Assembly: GCA_001003605.1 (NCBI GenBank)
Contig: LCPL01000003.1
Span: forward strand, 1,811 to 65,810
DNA from: Parcubacteria group bacterium GW2011_GWC2_48_17
GTDB taxonomy: Bacteria; Patescibacteriota; Minisyncoccia; Phycocordibacterales; UBA10002
DNA length: 64,000 nucleotides
Direction of reading: 5' to 3'
A program made the translations under genes and the position numbers. The notes beneath the pieces were generated by a model. It was not told the origin of the DNA. It made no database searches and was given only the letters and a program-made list of their open reading frames with translations. Below, piece by piece: positions 27,796 through 37,677 of this stretch (position 1 is the stretch's first letter; the number at the start of each line of letters is the position of its first letter).

Positions 27796-30483
27796 ATGGA
27801 GATTTACATCACAAAAAGAGACGGCACTCGCGAACTATTCAATGCGGACCGCATCAACCGCTCCATTGAACGCGCCTGCGCCGGGCTTTCTGACCCGATT
27901 AGTATGGTGACCCAGATCGCGACCGAGACAAAACTCACGCTCTATGACGGAATTACGACAGAGGAGATGGACCAGGCGACAATCAACGCCGCGATTCAGA
28001 ATGTCAAAGAAGATATTGAATACGACAAAGTCGCTACGCGTCTTCTTCTAAAAACAGTCTATCGCCGTGTAGTGGGAGAGTTCGAAAACAGCGAAGAAAC
28101 GCTCGAAAAGATGCACAAAGACGGCTTTGTCCACTACATTACGCAAGGCGTTGCCGAAGGGCTTCTCGATGTCCGTCTTAGGGAGCGTTACAATCTGGAG
28201 AAAATGGCAGATTGCCTTCTTATAGAACGAGACGAGCTCTTCCAGTACGCAGGTCTTTCGTCGCTCCTAAACCGATATGCCATCAAAGACAAGGAACAAC
28301 AGCCGCGCGAGACGCCTCAATACTTCTTTATGCGCATCGCGATGGGTCTTGCCTATGACGAAAAGAACCCGAACGAGTGGGCGAAGAAATTCTACGACAA
28401 AATGTCGCGATTCGAATATATCGCGGGGGGTTCCACCAATATTCACGCCGGCACCCCGCGTCCGGCGCTCTCCAATTGCTTCCTTCTCGAGATTCATGAC
28501 GACATTGAGCATATCGCCAAGTCCGTCGCCGATGTGATTAAGCTCTCCAAGGCTTCCGGCGGCATCGGCGCCTCCATTACGAAACTGCGCGCGGCCGGCT
28601 CCCCGCTCTCTTCAAACAACACAACTTCAAGCGGCCCAACCCCATTCGCGAAAATCATTGATACCGCCATACGGGCGGTTCAGCGCGGCGGAAAGAAGAA
28701 GGGAGCGCTCTGTTTCTATATGGAGAATTGGCACTATGATTTCCCGGAGTTTTTGGATTGGAAGCACAACGCAGGCGACGATTATCTTCGCATGCGCACG
28801 GCAAACACGGCGGTCTTTCTCTCCGATGAATTCATGCGCCGAGTGAGTTCCGGCTCCGACTGGTATATGTTTGACCCGAAGGAAACGGCGGATTTGAACG
28901 AACTTTATGGAGACCGCTTCGTTAAGCGCTACAATGAATATATTGGACAGGCACTTGCTGGGAAACTCCGCATATTCAAGAAAGTCCCGGCGCGAGAACA
29001 ATTCAGACAAATACTCGTTTCGCTCCAGACGACCTCGCATCCGTGGCTTACATGGAAAGACGCGATTAATCTTCGAGCGCTCAACAACAACACCGGCACG
29101 ATTCATATGTCTAACCTTTGCACGGAGATATGCCTTCCGCAGGACAAAGACCACATCGCTGTTTGCAATCTTGCCTCAATCAATCTCGCGGTCCATGTGC
29201 ATAACAAGGAAATTCATTGGAGCAAGCTTGAGTCGAGCGTCCGTTTCGCGCTTCGTCAGCTCGATAATCTCATTGACATCAATGTTCTTCCGGTAAAAGA
29301 GGCGGAAGCCGGAGACAAGGAGAATCGCGCGGTGGGCCTCGGAGTCATGGGATTTACCGACACCATCGAGAAACTCGGCATCGCTTATGACAGTGAACAC
29401 GCCGCTGATTTTGCCGACCGCATTTTTGAATTCATAAGTTACATGGCGATTGATGAAAGCGCCAACCTCGCGCTCGAGAGGGGTTCATACCAAAATTTCA
29501 AAGGGTCGGGATGGTCGCGAGGGAAAGTGCCGATAGACACGCTCGCTCGGCTCGAACGCGACCGCGGTATTCCGCTCACTGTTATGAAAGAGAGCCGGCA
29601 CCGTGGCATCAACTGGGATATCCTCCGCGAGAAGGTTAAAAAAGGAATGCGAAACGCCACATTAATGGCTGTCGCGCCGAACGCGAATATAGGGCTTGTG
29701 GCCGGAACGACCCCGGGCATTGACCCAAGGTTCGCGCAGGTATTTTCGCGCAATAAAATCTCCGGCAAATACTTGGATATAAACCATAACCTCGTGCTTG
29801 ACCTCAAGAACATGGGGCTTTGGGAAAAAGTCCGCGACGAAATCATTGAAACGCAAGGAGACATTGAGCATATCTCCGATATTCCCGCCCATATCAAGAA
29901 CATATATAAGACATCATTTACCACCTCACCGCTTGCTTTCATCGAAGTGGCGGCACGCGCCCAGAAATGGGTAGACCAAGCTCTCTCTCGCAACATGTAT
30001 CTTGAAACGCGCGACATAGACGAAACTATGAAGATATATCAGACTGCGTGGGAGAAGGGAGTAAAGACCACGTATTATCTCCACATGAAGCCGAGGCACA
30101 CGGCGGAGCAATCGACGGTGCGCGTCAACAAAGCGGAGAAATTGGGGAAGCTCGGCTTCGCGGTGGCTTTCGCGCGGAAACCGGAGACCGCGCCCACAGC
30201 ATTCGGCGGTATCTCACAGCTCCAATCACCGCTTTTAGTTCCCAGCAGTACTTCCAATGTGGTAAGCGTGGAATCAAGCAACAGCGTCGCTCTCCCCGAT
30301 ACGAAATCAGACGTTGTAGCAAAGCCAGTACTCACCGTAGAAGAGGTGCTTGCGAAAGCGAATGCGATGGAAAAAATAATGGCGGAAAAGTCCCAAACAC
30401 CGGCGATGTCAGGCAGTTTCGATACTGATGCTTCTGGTCCGGAAGACCCGCAGGATAAATTCATTTGCGACAGCTGCCAATAA
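27796..30483 (+). CDS. nrdA: ribonucleotide reductase class I alpha subunit with ATP-cone
   Basis: ITKRDG, ETPQ, LSNCF, SNLCTEI, VCNLAS, KTTYYL, C-terminal CDSCQ. Confidence 0.95.
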   Translation: MEIYITKRDGTRELFNADRINRSIERACAGLSDPISMVTQIATETKLTLYDGITTEEMDQATINAAIQNVKEDIEYDKVATRLLLKTVYRRVVGEFENSEETLEKMHKDGFVHYITQGVAEGLLDVRLRERYNLEKMADCLLIERDELFQYAGLSSLLNRYAIKDKEQQPRETPQYFFMRIAMGLAYDEKNPNEWAKKFYDKMSRFEYIAGGSTNIHAGTPRPALSNCFLLEIHDDIEHIAKSVADVIKLSKASGGIGASITKLRAAGSPLSSNNTTSSGPTPFAKIIDTAIRAVQRGGKKKGALCFYMENWHYDFPEFLDWKHNAGDDYLRMRTANTAVFLSDEFMRRVSSGSDWYMFDPKETADLNELYGDRFVKRYNEYIGQALAGKLRIFKKVPAREQFRQILVSLQTTSHPWLTWKDAINLRALNNNTGTIHMSNLCTEICLPQDKDHIAVCNLASINLAVHVHNKEIHWSKLESSVRFALRQLDNLIDINVLPVKEAEAGDKENRAVGLGVMGFTDTIEKLGIAYDSEHAADFADRIFEFISYMAIDESANLALERGSYQNFKGSGWSRGKVPIDTLARLERDRGIPLTVMKESRHRGINWDILREKVKKGMRNATLMAVAPNANIGLVAGTTPGIDPRFAQVFSRNKISGKYLDINHNLVLDLKNMGLWEKVRDEIIETQGDIEHISDIPAHIKNIYKTSFTTSPLAFIEVAARAQKWVDQALSRNMYLETRDIDETMKIYQTAWEKGVKTTYYLHMKPRHTAEQSTVRVNKAEKLGKLGFAVAFARKPETAPTAFGGISQLQSPLLVPSSTSNVVSVESSNSVALPDTKSDVVAKPVLTVEEVLAKANAMEKIMAEKSQTPAMSGSFDTDASGPEDPQDKFICDSCQ

Positions 30484-30485
30484 AA

Positions 30486-30583
30486 TACCAATCTGCGAAT
30501 CTCGACCAATCTACGAATACCTACGAATCCGATTTGTCTTATTAGTAGGTATTGGTAGATTAGTACCCATTAGTAGATTGGTA
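30486..30583. repeat. periodic imperfect inverted repeat (TACCAATC/TACGAAT type)
   Basis: TACCAATCTGCGAATC.. on the left; ATTAGTAGATTGGTA on the right; related arm at about 48591-48632. Confidence 0.75.
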
Positions 30584-30590
30584 AACACAT

Positions 30591-31619
30591 ATGTTGATTG
30601 GCAAAGCACAACCGGAGGATATGGTCTTGCACCCCATTAGATATCAATGGGCGTATGATTTGTATAATCAAGCGGTTCGAAACACGTGGTTTCCTCACGA
30701 AATAGCTCTCAAAGAAGACTTGGACGATTGGGTTAAGATGACGAATGACGAAAGGCACGCCGTTTCATTTTTGATGGCGTTTTTTAATCCGGCAGAACTA
30801 ATTGTCAATCGTTCAATAGCTCTCGGCATGTACCCCTATATAAAGGCGCCCGAAGCTCACCTATACCTCGCCAAGGTAATGTGGGAGGAAGCAAACCACT
30901 GCGTGGCATTCGAGTATGTGCTGGAAACATTTCCGCTTGACCGCGAGAAAGTGTTTAGCATTCATCTTGAAGTGCCGTCCATGAAAGCTAAAGAAGAGTA
31001 TGTCATCAAATATCTGAAACGCATGACGGAAACTATTTTGGACATCGAAACCGTAGAAGGGAAAAAAGATTTTATCAGAAATCTCGTGGCGACCAATGTC
31101 GTGATGGAGGGGATTTGGTTCTATTCGGGTTTCATGGTCGCCCTATCATTCCGCCAGAGAAACCAACTTCGCAATTTCGGCTCAATGATAAATTGGGTGC
31201 TTCGGGACGAATCGCTTCACTTGAAGTTCGGCATCAACCTCGTACACACAGCGCTGGAAGAAAATCCGGAGCTTCTAACGCCGGAATTCGCGAACGAGAT
31301 TCGCGACATTATCATTGAAGGCGTGGAGCTTGAAACCGCGTACAACAAGGACCTCTTCCCGCGTGGCATCCTGGGGCTCAACGCAGATTATGTCAACCAG
31401 TATGTGCAGTATGTCACCGACCGGCGTCTTGAAGAACTTGGACTCCCGAAGCACTACAATGCCAAAAATCCAGCGAAATGGATGAGCACGGCTACGGATG
31501 TCTTTGAACTGGTGAACTTCTTTGAAGCGCAGAACACCTCGTATGAAGTGGACGGCCACGCGAGCGTTGCCACAAATGCGAAAGAAAAGCCCGCGGGAGC
31601 AGAAAAAGAAACTGAATAG
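30591..31619 (+). CDS. nrdB: ribonucleotide reductase beta subunit, class Ic (Mn/Fe) signature
   Basis: FFNPAE, EEANHCVAF, MEGIWFYSGF, RDESLH, NFFE. Confidence 0.92.
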   Translation: MLIGKAQPEDMVLHPIRYQWAYDLYNQAVRNTWFPHEIALKEDLDDWVKMTNDERHAVSFLMAFFNPAELIVNRSIALGMYPYIKAPEAHLYLAKVMWEEANHCVAFEYVLETFPLDREKVFSIHLEVPSMKAKEEYVIKYLKRMTETILDIETVEGKKDFIRNLVATNVVMEGIWFYSGFMVALSFRQRNQLRNFGSMINWVLRDESLHLKFGINLVHTALEENPELLTPEFANEIRDIIIEGVELETAYNKDLFPRGILGLNADYVNQYVQYVTDRRLEELGLPKHYNAKNPAKWMSTATDVFELVNFFEAQNTSYEVDGHASVATNAKEKPAGAEKETE

Positions 31620-31657
31620 CCGATAATTGAATCACTGAATAACGCATATACAAAAAT

Positions 31658-31689
31658 GCCGCCGTTGACATCTGCCGGCGGCCTTTTTT
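31658..31689 (+). terminator. terminator after nrdB
   Basis: GCCGCCG..CGGCGGC followed by a T run. Confidence 0.6.
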
Positions 31690-31720
31690 GTTTCTCAAAC
31701 GAGGTGATACAATGCCGTGT

Positions 31721-33148
31721 ATGTCGGAAAAACCCATCACCATCGTCATATTCGGAGCGACGGGAGACCTTTTTCAGAAAAAGCTCGCGGGAGCGCTATT
31801 TGATTTGGACCAGAAGAAATTGCTTCCGCAACGCACAGAAATAGTGGGATTTTCGCGAAAACCGCTCTCACACGACCAATTCCGCGCGTTTGTGCAAAAC
31901 GCCCTCGCCGCTCGTTCAAACGGCAAAGTCGTCGAGCCGGACGCGTTTGTGGGGAGGGCTATGTATCACCAAGGTGACCTTACCAAAGCGGAAAGCTATG
32001 CAAGCCTGGGCAGGTTTCTTGAGGAGCGAGATCGTATAAATGGCGTCTGCTCCGACAAACTCTTTCACCTCGCGGTTCCGCCGAATCTATATGAAGTTGT
32101 GTTCACCCGCCTCGCCAAATCCGGTCTTGCAATTCCATGCGCGCCGGGACTTCCTAATGAGGCGGTGGCCTGGACCCGCGTCCTCGTGGAGAAACCATTT
32201 GGCAATAACGAGAAGGAGGCAGCCAGACTAGATAGGCTCCTCGGCAAGCTGTTCGAGGAGGAGCAGATATTTCGCATTGACCACTATCTCGCCAAAGAAA
32301 CAATGCAGAACATAATCTCTTTCCGTTTTTCCAACGGTCTCTTCGAACCTCTCTGGAGCCGCAAGCATATCGAAAAGGTGGAAATTAAATTCTTGGAAAA
32401 GAACGACACTTCGGCACGAGGGTCTTTTTATGATGAAGTAGGAGCGCTCCGCGACGTAGGCCAAAATCACATTTTACAGATGCTCGCGCTCGTCGCGATG
32501 GAAAATCCGTGCGGCATTGACGCTACAAAAATACGCGAAGCGCGGCAGAAAGTCCTTGAGAAAGTGTCCGGAGGCGGGCGAGACCTAAATTCCTCCGTTG
32601 TACGCGGGCAATATAAGGGTTATCGAAATGAGCCTGGTGTCCTGCCTAATTCAAACACCGAGACATATTTTAGAATTATTGCGAAGATTGAAAACAACCG
32701 TTGGCGAGGCGTGCCATTCATACTGGAAAGCGGAAAGGCCCTCACGCGCTCCCTCGTCAGCATTTCAGTATATTTCAAACCGGCGCCGTGCCTGTGTCCA
32801 AAGGAACACGAACTGTCGCATCAGAACATACTCACTTTCAACATTTCGCCGGAGGAGAACATCTCCGTGCTTTTTTGGGCGAAGCAACCCGGGTTTAATT
32901 TAGAACTCATTCCGAAAGAACTTTCGTTTTCTTTTACCGCTAGCGTGCTCGAGAAGCAGATTCCGAATGCCTATGAACGCGTGCTTATGGACGTCATTCG
33001 CGGCGACCAAACTCTTTTTATATCCACAAAAGAAGTTAAAGCACAGTGGAAGATTATCACGCCGATATTGGAGAAGTGGGACACGCTTCCGCTGTATCCA
33101 TACGCAAAGGGCTCAACTGGACCTGCGGTTGCGGAACAATCACATTAG
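31721..33148 (+). CDS. zwf: glucose-6-phosphate dehydrogenase
   Basis: GATGDL, EKPFG, RIDHYLAKE. Confidence 0.95.
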   Translation: MSEKPITIVIFGATGDLFQKKLAGALFDLDQKKLLPQRTEIVGFSRKPLSHDQFRAFVQNALAARSNGKVVEPDAFVGRAMYHQGDLTKAESYASLGRFLEERDRINGVCSDKLFHLAVPPNLYEVVFTRLAKSGLAIPCAPGLPNEAVAWTRVLVEKPFGNNEKEAARLDRLLGKLFEEEQIFRIDHYLAKETMQNIISFRFSNGLFEPLWSRKHIEKVEIKFLEKNDTSARGSFYDEVGALRDVGQNHILQMLALVAMENPCGIDATKIREARQKVLEKVSGGGRDLNSSVVRGQYKGYRNEPGVLPNSNTETYFRIIAKIENNRWRGVPFILESGKALTRSLVSISVYFKPAPCLCPKEHELSHQNILTFNISPEENISVLFWAKQPGFNLELIPKELSFSFTASVLEKQIPNAYERVLMDVIRGDQTLFISTKEVKAQWKIITPILEKWDTLPLYPYAKGSTGPAVAEQSH

Positions 33149-33206
33149 AATTAAGTATTATGAATTAGGAATTAAGGCATACTTCATAATTCATACTTCA
33201 ATATTC

Positions 33207-34184
33207 ATGCAAATCGGCTATATCGGATTAGGTAAAATGGGACTCGCGCAAGTGGAGAGGCTTTTGAAGAAAGGATACCGCGTGGTCGCATGGAATCGAA
33301 GCGCTGGACCGCGTGAAACGGCGCGAAAGCTTGGCGCGGAAGTGAACGGAACGCTCCAAGAAGTATGCAGGAAAATAAAGAAACCTCGATTGCTGTGGCT
33401 CATGGTTCCGCACGCTGTTGTGGACGATATTATTCAAGAAATTGTTTTGCGCCTTTCAAAAGGAGACACAGTAATCGACGGTGGCAATTCATTTTACAAA
33501 GACTCTATGCGCCGCGCCAAGGAGCTTTCGCGGAAAGGAATCAATTTCTTGGATGTCGGGACTTCCGGCGGCCCATTTGGCGCGCTAAACGGCGCATGTC
33601 TCATGATTGGCGGCAACCGAAGAGTTTTCAGAAGGTGTGAGCCGCTGTTTAGAGATCTTTCCGCACATCTCGCCTATTCCATTATTCGCGCGAATAATGG
33701 AATAAGCAGTATGAGAAGCAAGAAGTCTGGAACAGAAGAAGGCGATTATGCGTATGCGTACATTGGAAAAAACGGGGCGGGACACTTTGTGAAAATGGTG
33801 CACAATGGCATTGAGTACGGCATGATGCAGGCGATAGGAGAAGGTTTTGCGGTGCTTAAGAAATCTCAATTTGCGTTAGACTTACAACAAATTGCGGAAT
33901 TGTATAACAAAGGAAGCGTGGTTGAGTCGCGGCTCATGGGTTGGCTCGCGAAGGCGTTTACAGAGCACGGCGAGAACTTGAAGGATATCTCGGGAGAAGT
34001 AGCGCACAGCGGGGAAGGGCTTTGGACGGTGGAGACGGCAAAAGAACTCCGCGTGCCGGTCAAGGTTATCAATGACTCATTGGACTTTCGCCTTAAGTCC
34101 AAGGGTAATCCGAGCTATACTGGACAGGTGGTGTCGGCACTAAGGAACCAGTTTGGGGGGCACAATGTTAAAAGAAGCGATTAG
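33207..34184 (+). CDS. gnd: 6-phosphogluconate dehydrogenase (short type) with an in-frame repeat insertion
   Basis: IGLGKMG, DGGNS, AGHFVKMVHNGIEYG, LRNQFGGH. Confidence 0.93.
   Translation: MQIGYIGLGKMGLAQVERLLKKGYRVVAWNRSAGPRETARKLGAEVNGTLQEVCRKIKKPRLLWLMVPHAVVDDIIQEIVLRLSKGDTVIDGGNSFYKDSMRRAKELSRKGINFLDVGTSGGPFGALNGACLMIGGNRRVFRRCEPLFRDLSAHLAYSIIRANNGISSMRSKKSGTEEGDYAYAYIGKNGAGHFVKMVHNGIEYGMMQAIGEGFAVLKKSQFALDLQQIAELYNKGSVVESRLMGWLAKAFTEHGENLKDISGEVAHSGEGLWTVETAKELRVPVKVINDSLDFRLKSKGNPSYTGQVVSALRNQFGGHNVKRSD
33675..33704. repeat. perfect 30-bp palindrome (family A) inside gnd
   Basis: TATTCCATTATTCGC|GCGAATAATGGAATA encodes YSIIRANNGI. Confidence 0.92.
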
Positions 34185-34270
34185 CGTATAGCGTTTAGCG
34201 TTTAGAACAAAGAATCGGGCAGTGCAATATAACAATATACTAATCGCTATACGCTAACCGCTCAACGCTC
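34182..34270. repeat. heptamer inverted repeat (TAGCGTT/AACGCTA type)
   Basis: TAGCGTATAGCGTTTAGCGTTTAG..CGCTATACGCTAACCGCTCAACGCT. Confidence 0.85.
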
Positions 34271-34276
34271 GATTTC

Positions 34277-35236
34277 ATGGAAGAAGCCATCAGAGATTTT
34301 CATACACAGTTTGCGTGGGAGCCCGTCGTGGTTAATGCAGAGAGACTAAAGGAGCGCAGTAAGTTTGTCGTGGGTGGGATGGGAGGGTCAAATCTGGCCG
34401 CGGGTTTGCTTGCGAGCCTGAGGCCGCAACTTAATATCGTCATTCATCGGGACTATGGATTGCCGCATCTTTCTGATGCGAAGGAGCGTTTATGGCTCGC
34501 GAGTTCGTATTCTGGAAACACCGAAGAGACGATTGATTTCGCAAAGTTTGCGCGGAAGAAAGGGTACGCGGTCGCGACTATTTCAGTCGGAGGGACACTC
34601 TTGAAGTTTGCAAAAAAAGAGCGGCTCCCGCACATTGTGATTCCCAATACGGGGATACAACCACGCAGCGCGCTCGGGTTTTCCGTGTTGGCGATTGCGA
34701 AACTCATTGGCAGAGAACATATTCTGCGAGAACTGCACCGACTCTCTACCATGCTCAAGCCGGAATCATTGCGCGCAAAAGGGGAAAAACTTTCGCGAAT
34801 ACTCAAGGGCAAAGTGCCGATAATTTGCGCGTCAACGAGAAACAGGGAAGTCGCGTACAATTGGAAAATCAAGTTTAATGAAACGGGGAAGATTCCCGCG
34901 TTTTACAACGTCTTTCCCGAACTCAATCATAATGAAATGACGGGGTTTGACGTTATCTCGGCGACGAAAGCATTATCGCGCGCGTTTCATTTTGTTTTTC
35001 TTACGGATATCGCAGACCATCCCAAAATCCAAAAGCGAATGAGTGTGTGCAAGAAACTCTATACGGACCGCAACTTTTCAGTGACCGAGGTGGCTTTAAA
35101 AGGAGGCTCAACGCTTGAAAGAATATTTTCCTCACTCCTTATCGCCGACTGGACTGCACTGCATTTTTCAAGAACATACGGCACCGAGGCGGAAAAAGTA
35201 CCCATGGTCGAGCAGTTCAAAAGACTCATTACATGA
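34277..35236 (+). CDS. bifunctional phosphoglucose/phosphomannose isomerase
   Basis: GMGGS, SYSGNTEE, QPR, NETGK, PELNHNE. Confidence 0.9.
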   Translation: MEEAIRDFHTQFAWEPVVVNAERLKERSKFVVGGMGGSNLAAGLLASLRPQLNIVIHRDYGLPHLSDAKERLWLASSYSGNTEETIDFAKFARKKGYAVATISVGGTLLKFAKKERLPHIVIPNTGIQPRSALGFSVLAIAKLIGREHILRELHRLSTMLKPESLRAKGEKLSRILKGKVPIICASTRNREVAYNWKIKFNETGKIPAFYNVFPELNHNEMTGFDVISATKALSRAFHFVFLTDIADHPKIQKRMSVCKKLYTDRNFSVTEVALKGGSTLERIFSSLLIADWTALHFSRTYGTEAEKVPMVEQFKRLIT

Positions 35237-35245
35237 ACTCCTCTC

Positions 35246-35352
35246 CAATATCGAATATCTAATTTCTAATATCGAAAAAGAAGAAAGTTTCAATATTGAA
35301 TATTAAAAAATTAAGATATTTTTCGAGATTAGATATTCGAAATTTGGTATTA
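35246..35352. repeat. heptamer inverted repeat (AATATCG type)
   Basis: CAATATCGAATATCTAATTTCTAATATC..GATTAGATATTCGAAATTTGG. Confidence 0.8.
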
Positions 35353-35400
35353 GTTAGGACAATATAATGGTATATTGTAGAGAATATTATTGGTCTAGCT

Positions 35401-35799
35401 ATGCACTATATGGATATTCTATTTCTCATCGGGCGGTTCATCTTCGGAGGATACTTCCTCATGAACGCTTGGAATCATTTTAAAAATCTTGAGGGACTTA
35501 CCGGTTACGCGGCGTCAAAGGGGGTGCCCAACCCGCGCGCCGCCGTGTTTGTGGGTGGCGTGCTCCTTCTTCTCGGAGGTCTCGGCGTGGTGTTCGGCAT
35601 CGCTCCCGAAGCGTCTATCGCGCTCCTCATTATCTTTTTAGTTCCAGTGTCATGGAAGATGCACGCTTTTTGGAAGGAAACGGACCCGAACAGCCAGATG
35701 ATGGAGCGCGTCCAGTTCATGAAAAACATGGCGCTCGTCGGCGCGCTTCTCATGCTCTACGCAGTTTCCGTGCCGTGGGTGTACAACGTGCTTGAGTAA
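35401..35799 (+). CDS. DoxX family membrane protein
   Basis: GR..FGGYF, MHAFWK, FMKNMAL. Confidence 0.88.
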   Translation: MHYMDILFLIGRFIFGGYFLMNAWNHFKNLEGLTGYAASKGVPNPRAAVFVGGVLLLLGGLGVVFGIAPEASIALLIIFLVPVSWKMHAFWKETDPNSQMMERVQFMKNMALVGALLMLYAVSVPWVYNVLE

Positions 35800-36046
35800 A
35801 ACACAGAAGCAACGCGGGGAAAGACACCATCTTATACTTATATTAAGAAAGCTCGTCAGGTAACTCTCCACACTCCCCGAAAAACCCTTGAAAATCAAGG
35901 ATATTTCAAATACCCTCATCAGCTATTGACAGAGATGTTAATGCGTGTATTATGTGAAGTGGAATGTAAGGGGTTTGCGACGGCTGTTTCCGTTCGCATT
36001 TAAAACCCTTACCGATAGCATAACGGATCTTAGACAAAGGCATACA

Positions 36047-36292
36047 ATGGCTAAATCAGGTCCCATAGAAGCAGAAGTCACTGATGTGATTCGTACGGAG
36101 AAAGGTTTATACGCCGTCACTCGTCCAAAGGGGAGCAATCCTCTCTTGCGGCAGGGTGAGACTGTAACCTTTTCTTTGGAGGCGTGGCAAGGGAAGCGCG
36201 TTCCAAAAACAGGACAGGTAGTCAGCCTTTTCGAGGTTGAAAAATTCCGGAAAGGTTGGAGAGCTGGTCGGGTGGAACCAATCAGTTTGTAA
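36047..36292 (+). CDS. small OB-fold-like protein
   Basis: VTFSL..W..P.TGQVV..FRKGWRA; TTGACA/TATTAT promoter at 35926-35953. Confidence 0.6.
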   Translation: MAKSGPIEAEVTDVIRTEKGLYAVTRPKGSNPLLRQGETVTFSLEAWQGKRVPKTGQVVSLFEVEKFRKGWRAGRVEPISL

Positions 36293-36340
36293 GGTAGCAA
36301 TCAGAAAAACAGCAACAGCAACAAAAGAAAGACAGAAAGA

Positions 36341-37240
36341 ATGAAAGTAAAAATACTGACACTGTCAGAAATCAAAGAAAAGTTCTATGTGCGCATTCAT
36401 TTGGACGAATCGCGGGTGCTCCACTTCGTGGATTTGAAGATGGCCCAAGAAGAACTCCCCCCGCTTCAGGTCGGGTTTCTCAATGGTTCTGACGAACCAA
36501 TCCTCATTGACGGTCGGCATCGCAAGGCCGCCGACGAGCGGCTTGGCACGACGGAATCTGAGTGCGAGATTAAGCACTATACGTGTAAGGCCGACATGAT
36601 TGTTGCGGCGCTCAAGGCCAATGTTGGAGGTTCACTTCCGCCGAGCCAGGAGGATATCACACACACCATGGAACTTCTTCTCGCGTCTGGTCTTCCGCGC
36701 AGGGAAATCATCCAGAAGGTTACGGAGCGAACTGGATTTCCGGCCACACTCGTTGCCAAGCACGTGCGGAATGTCCAAAACGGGCTCGCTCAAACCCGCC
36801 TTCGCAAGGCCGTCCACGCGGTGGCGAAGGGAGGAAAGACGATTGAGGAAGCCGCCCTGGAACATGATGTGAGCATTGAGAGGTTGAGGGCCGAACTCTT
36901 GAAAGGGAAACAGTTGGACGAGAACGAAGGAGTGACAAACCTTTCCCAGGCGAAAGCTTGGACCAATAAGAAGGTCGGTTCTCTTAATCACAGCCTGGGA
37001 CGACTCTACGCCAAAATCTCCCGCGACTTGGGCGATGGATTGCTGACCCCCAAGCAAGCCGAGGACATCATGGAATACATGGAGAAAATGGTTCAGAGGA
37101 TTGTTTCCAGCCATGATGACTGGAAATCGCGCATTCTTTCTCGCCACGAGATAAGGAAAGCCGTTTCGGAGAGGGAAAAGAAAGATCAAGGCGAAAAGGT
37201 GCGGCTTGGCCGACAGGCTTTGGAGCGGATGGGTCTCTAA
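36341..37240 (+). CDS. ParB/Srx N-terminal domain protein with HTH-like segments
   Basis: LPPLQV, ILIDGRHRKAA, ALKAN. Confidence 0.75.
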   Translation: MKVKILTLSEIKEKFYVRIHLDESRVLHFVDLKMAQEELPPLQVGFLNGSDEPILIDGRHRKAADERLGTTESECEIKHYTCKADMIVAALKANVGGSLPPSQEDITHTMELLLASGLPRREIIQKVTERTGFPATLVAKHVRNVQNGLAQTRLRKAVHAVAKGGKTIEEAALEHDVSIERLRAELLKGKQLDENEGVTNLSQAKAWTNKKVGSLNHSLGRLYAKISRDLGDGLLTPKQAEDIMEYMEKMVQRIVSSHDDWKSRILSRHEIRKAVSEREKKDQGEKVRLGRQALERMGL

Positions 37241-37256
37241 CCAGAGAGGGGAAACT

Positions 37257-37583
37257 ATGAGCACCAAGAAACCTACGGCACAGGGGTCGGGAGAAAATCC
37301 AACACCTCAAAAGTTGACGGCGGAGCAGTTTGTTCTACTGGCAATTGAGAAGCTTGGCAAGGACGGCCGACCGACAATCCACACTGTCTATTCGGGTTTT
37401 AATTCCGCCTTCCGCGATTATTTCAAGGAAGAGGGGTTGGAGCCGATTGCGGAGGTGGAAAAACTTAAGGAGGCCGGAAAGATCGCTTTTCGTTTCGCCA
37501 GAGGCGGAGCGGTAATCGGCAAACCCGGTTCCATTCAGGCTAACGCCGAGGCCAGGGACGCCTTGAAGAAGATGGGTATTTGA
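37257..37583 (+). CDS. hypothetical protein
   Basis: purine-rich RBS; IHTVYSGFNSAFRDYF; followed by a terminator. Confidence 0.7.
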   Translation: MSTKKPTAQGSGENPTPQKLTAEQFVLLAIEKLGKDGRPTIHTVYSGFNSAFRDYFKEEGLEPIAEVEKLKEAGKIAFRFARGGAVIGKPGSIQANAEARDALKKMGI

Positions 37584-37602
37584 TGAAATAAGTTGGCATT
37601 TA

Positions 37603-37628
37603 AGCCGAGCAAGGATGCTCGGCTTTTT
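37603..37628 (+). terminator. intrinsic terminator
   Basis: AAGCCGAGCA-AGGA-TGCTCGGCTTTTT. Confidence 0.85.
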
Positions 37629-37677
37629 CTTGAAAATCTAGACTTGACGGTTTTGACAACACCTGTATCATAGAACT

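Noticed and set aside
32967-33206. Long N-terminal extensions in the ORF track (gnd, PIF1, nfo, gpsA, dapA and others)
   Set aside because: They overlap upstream genes or repeats; downstream ATGs match family N-termini.
36341-37240. Chromosome partition parB locus
   Set aside because: No parA or recognisable parS, and the motif is DGRHR rather than the canonical GERR.
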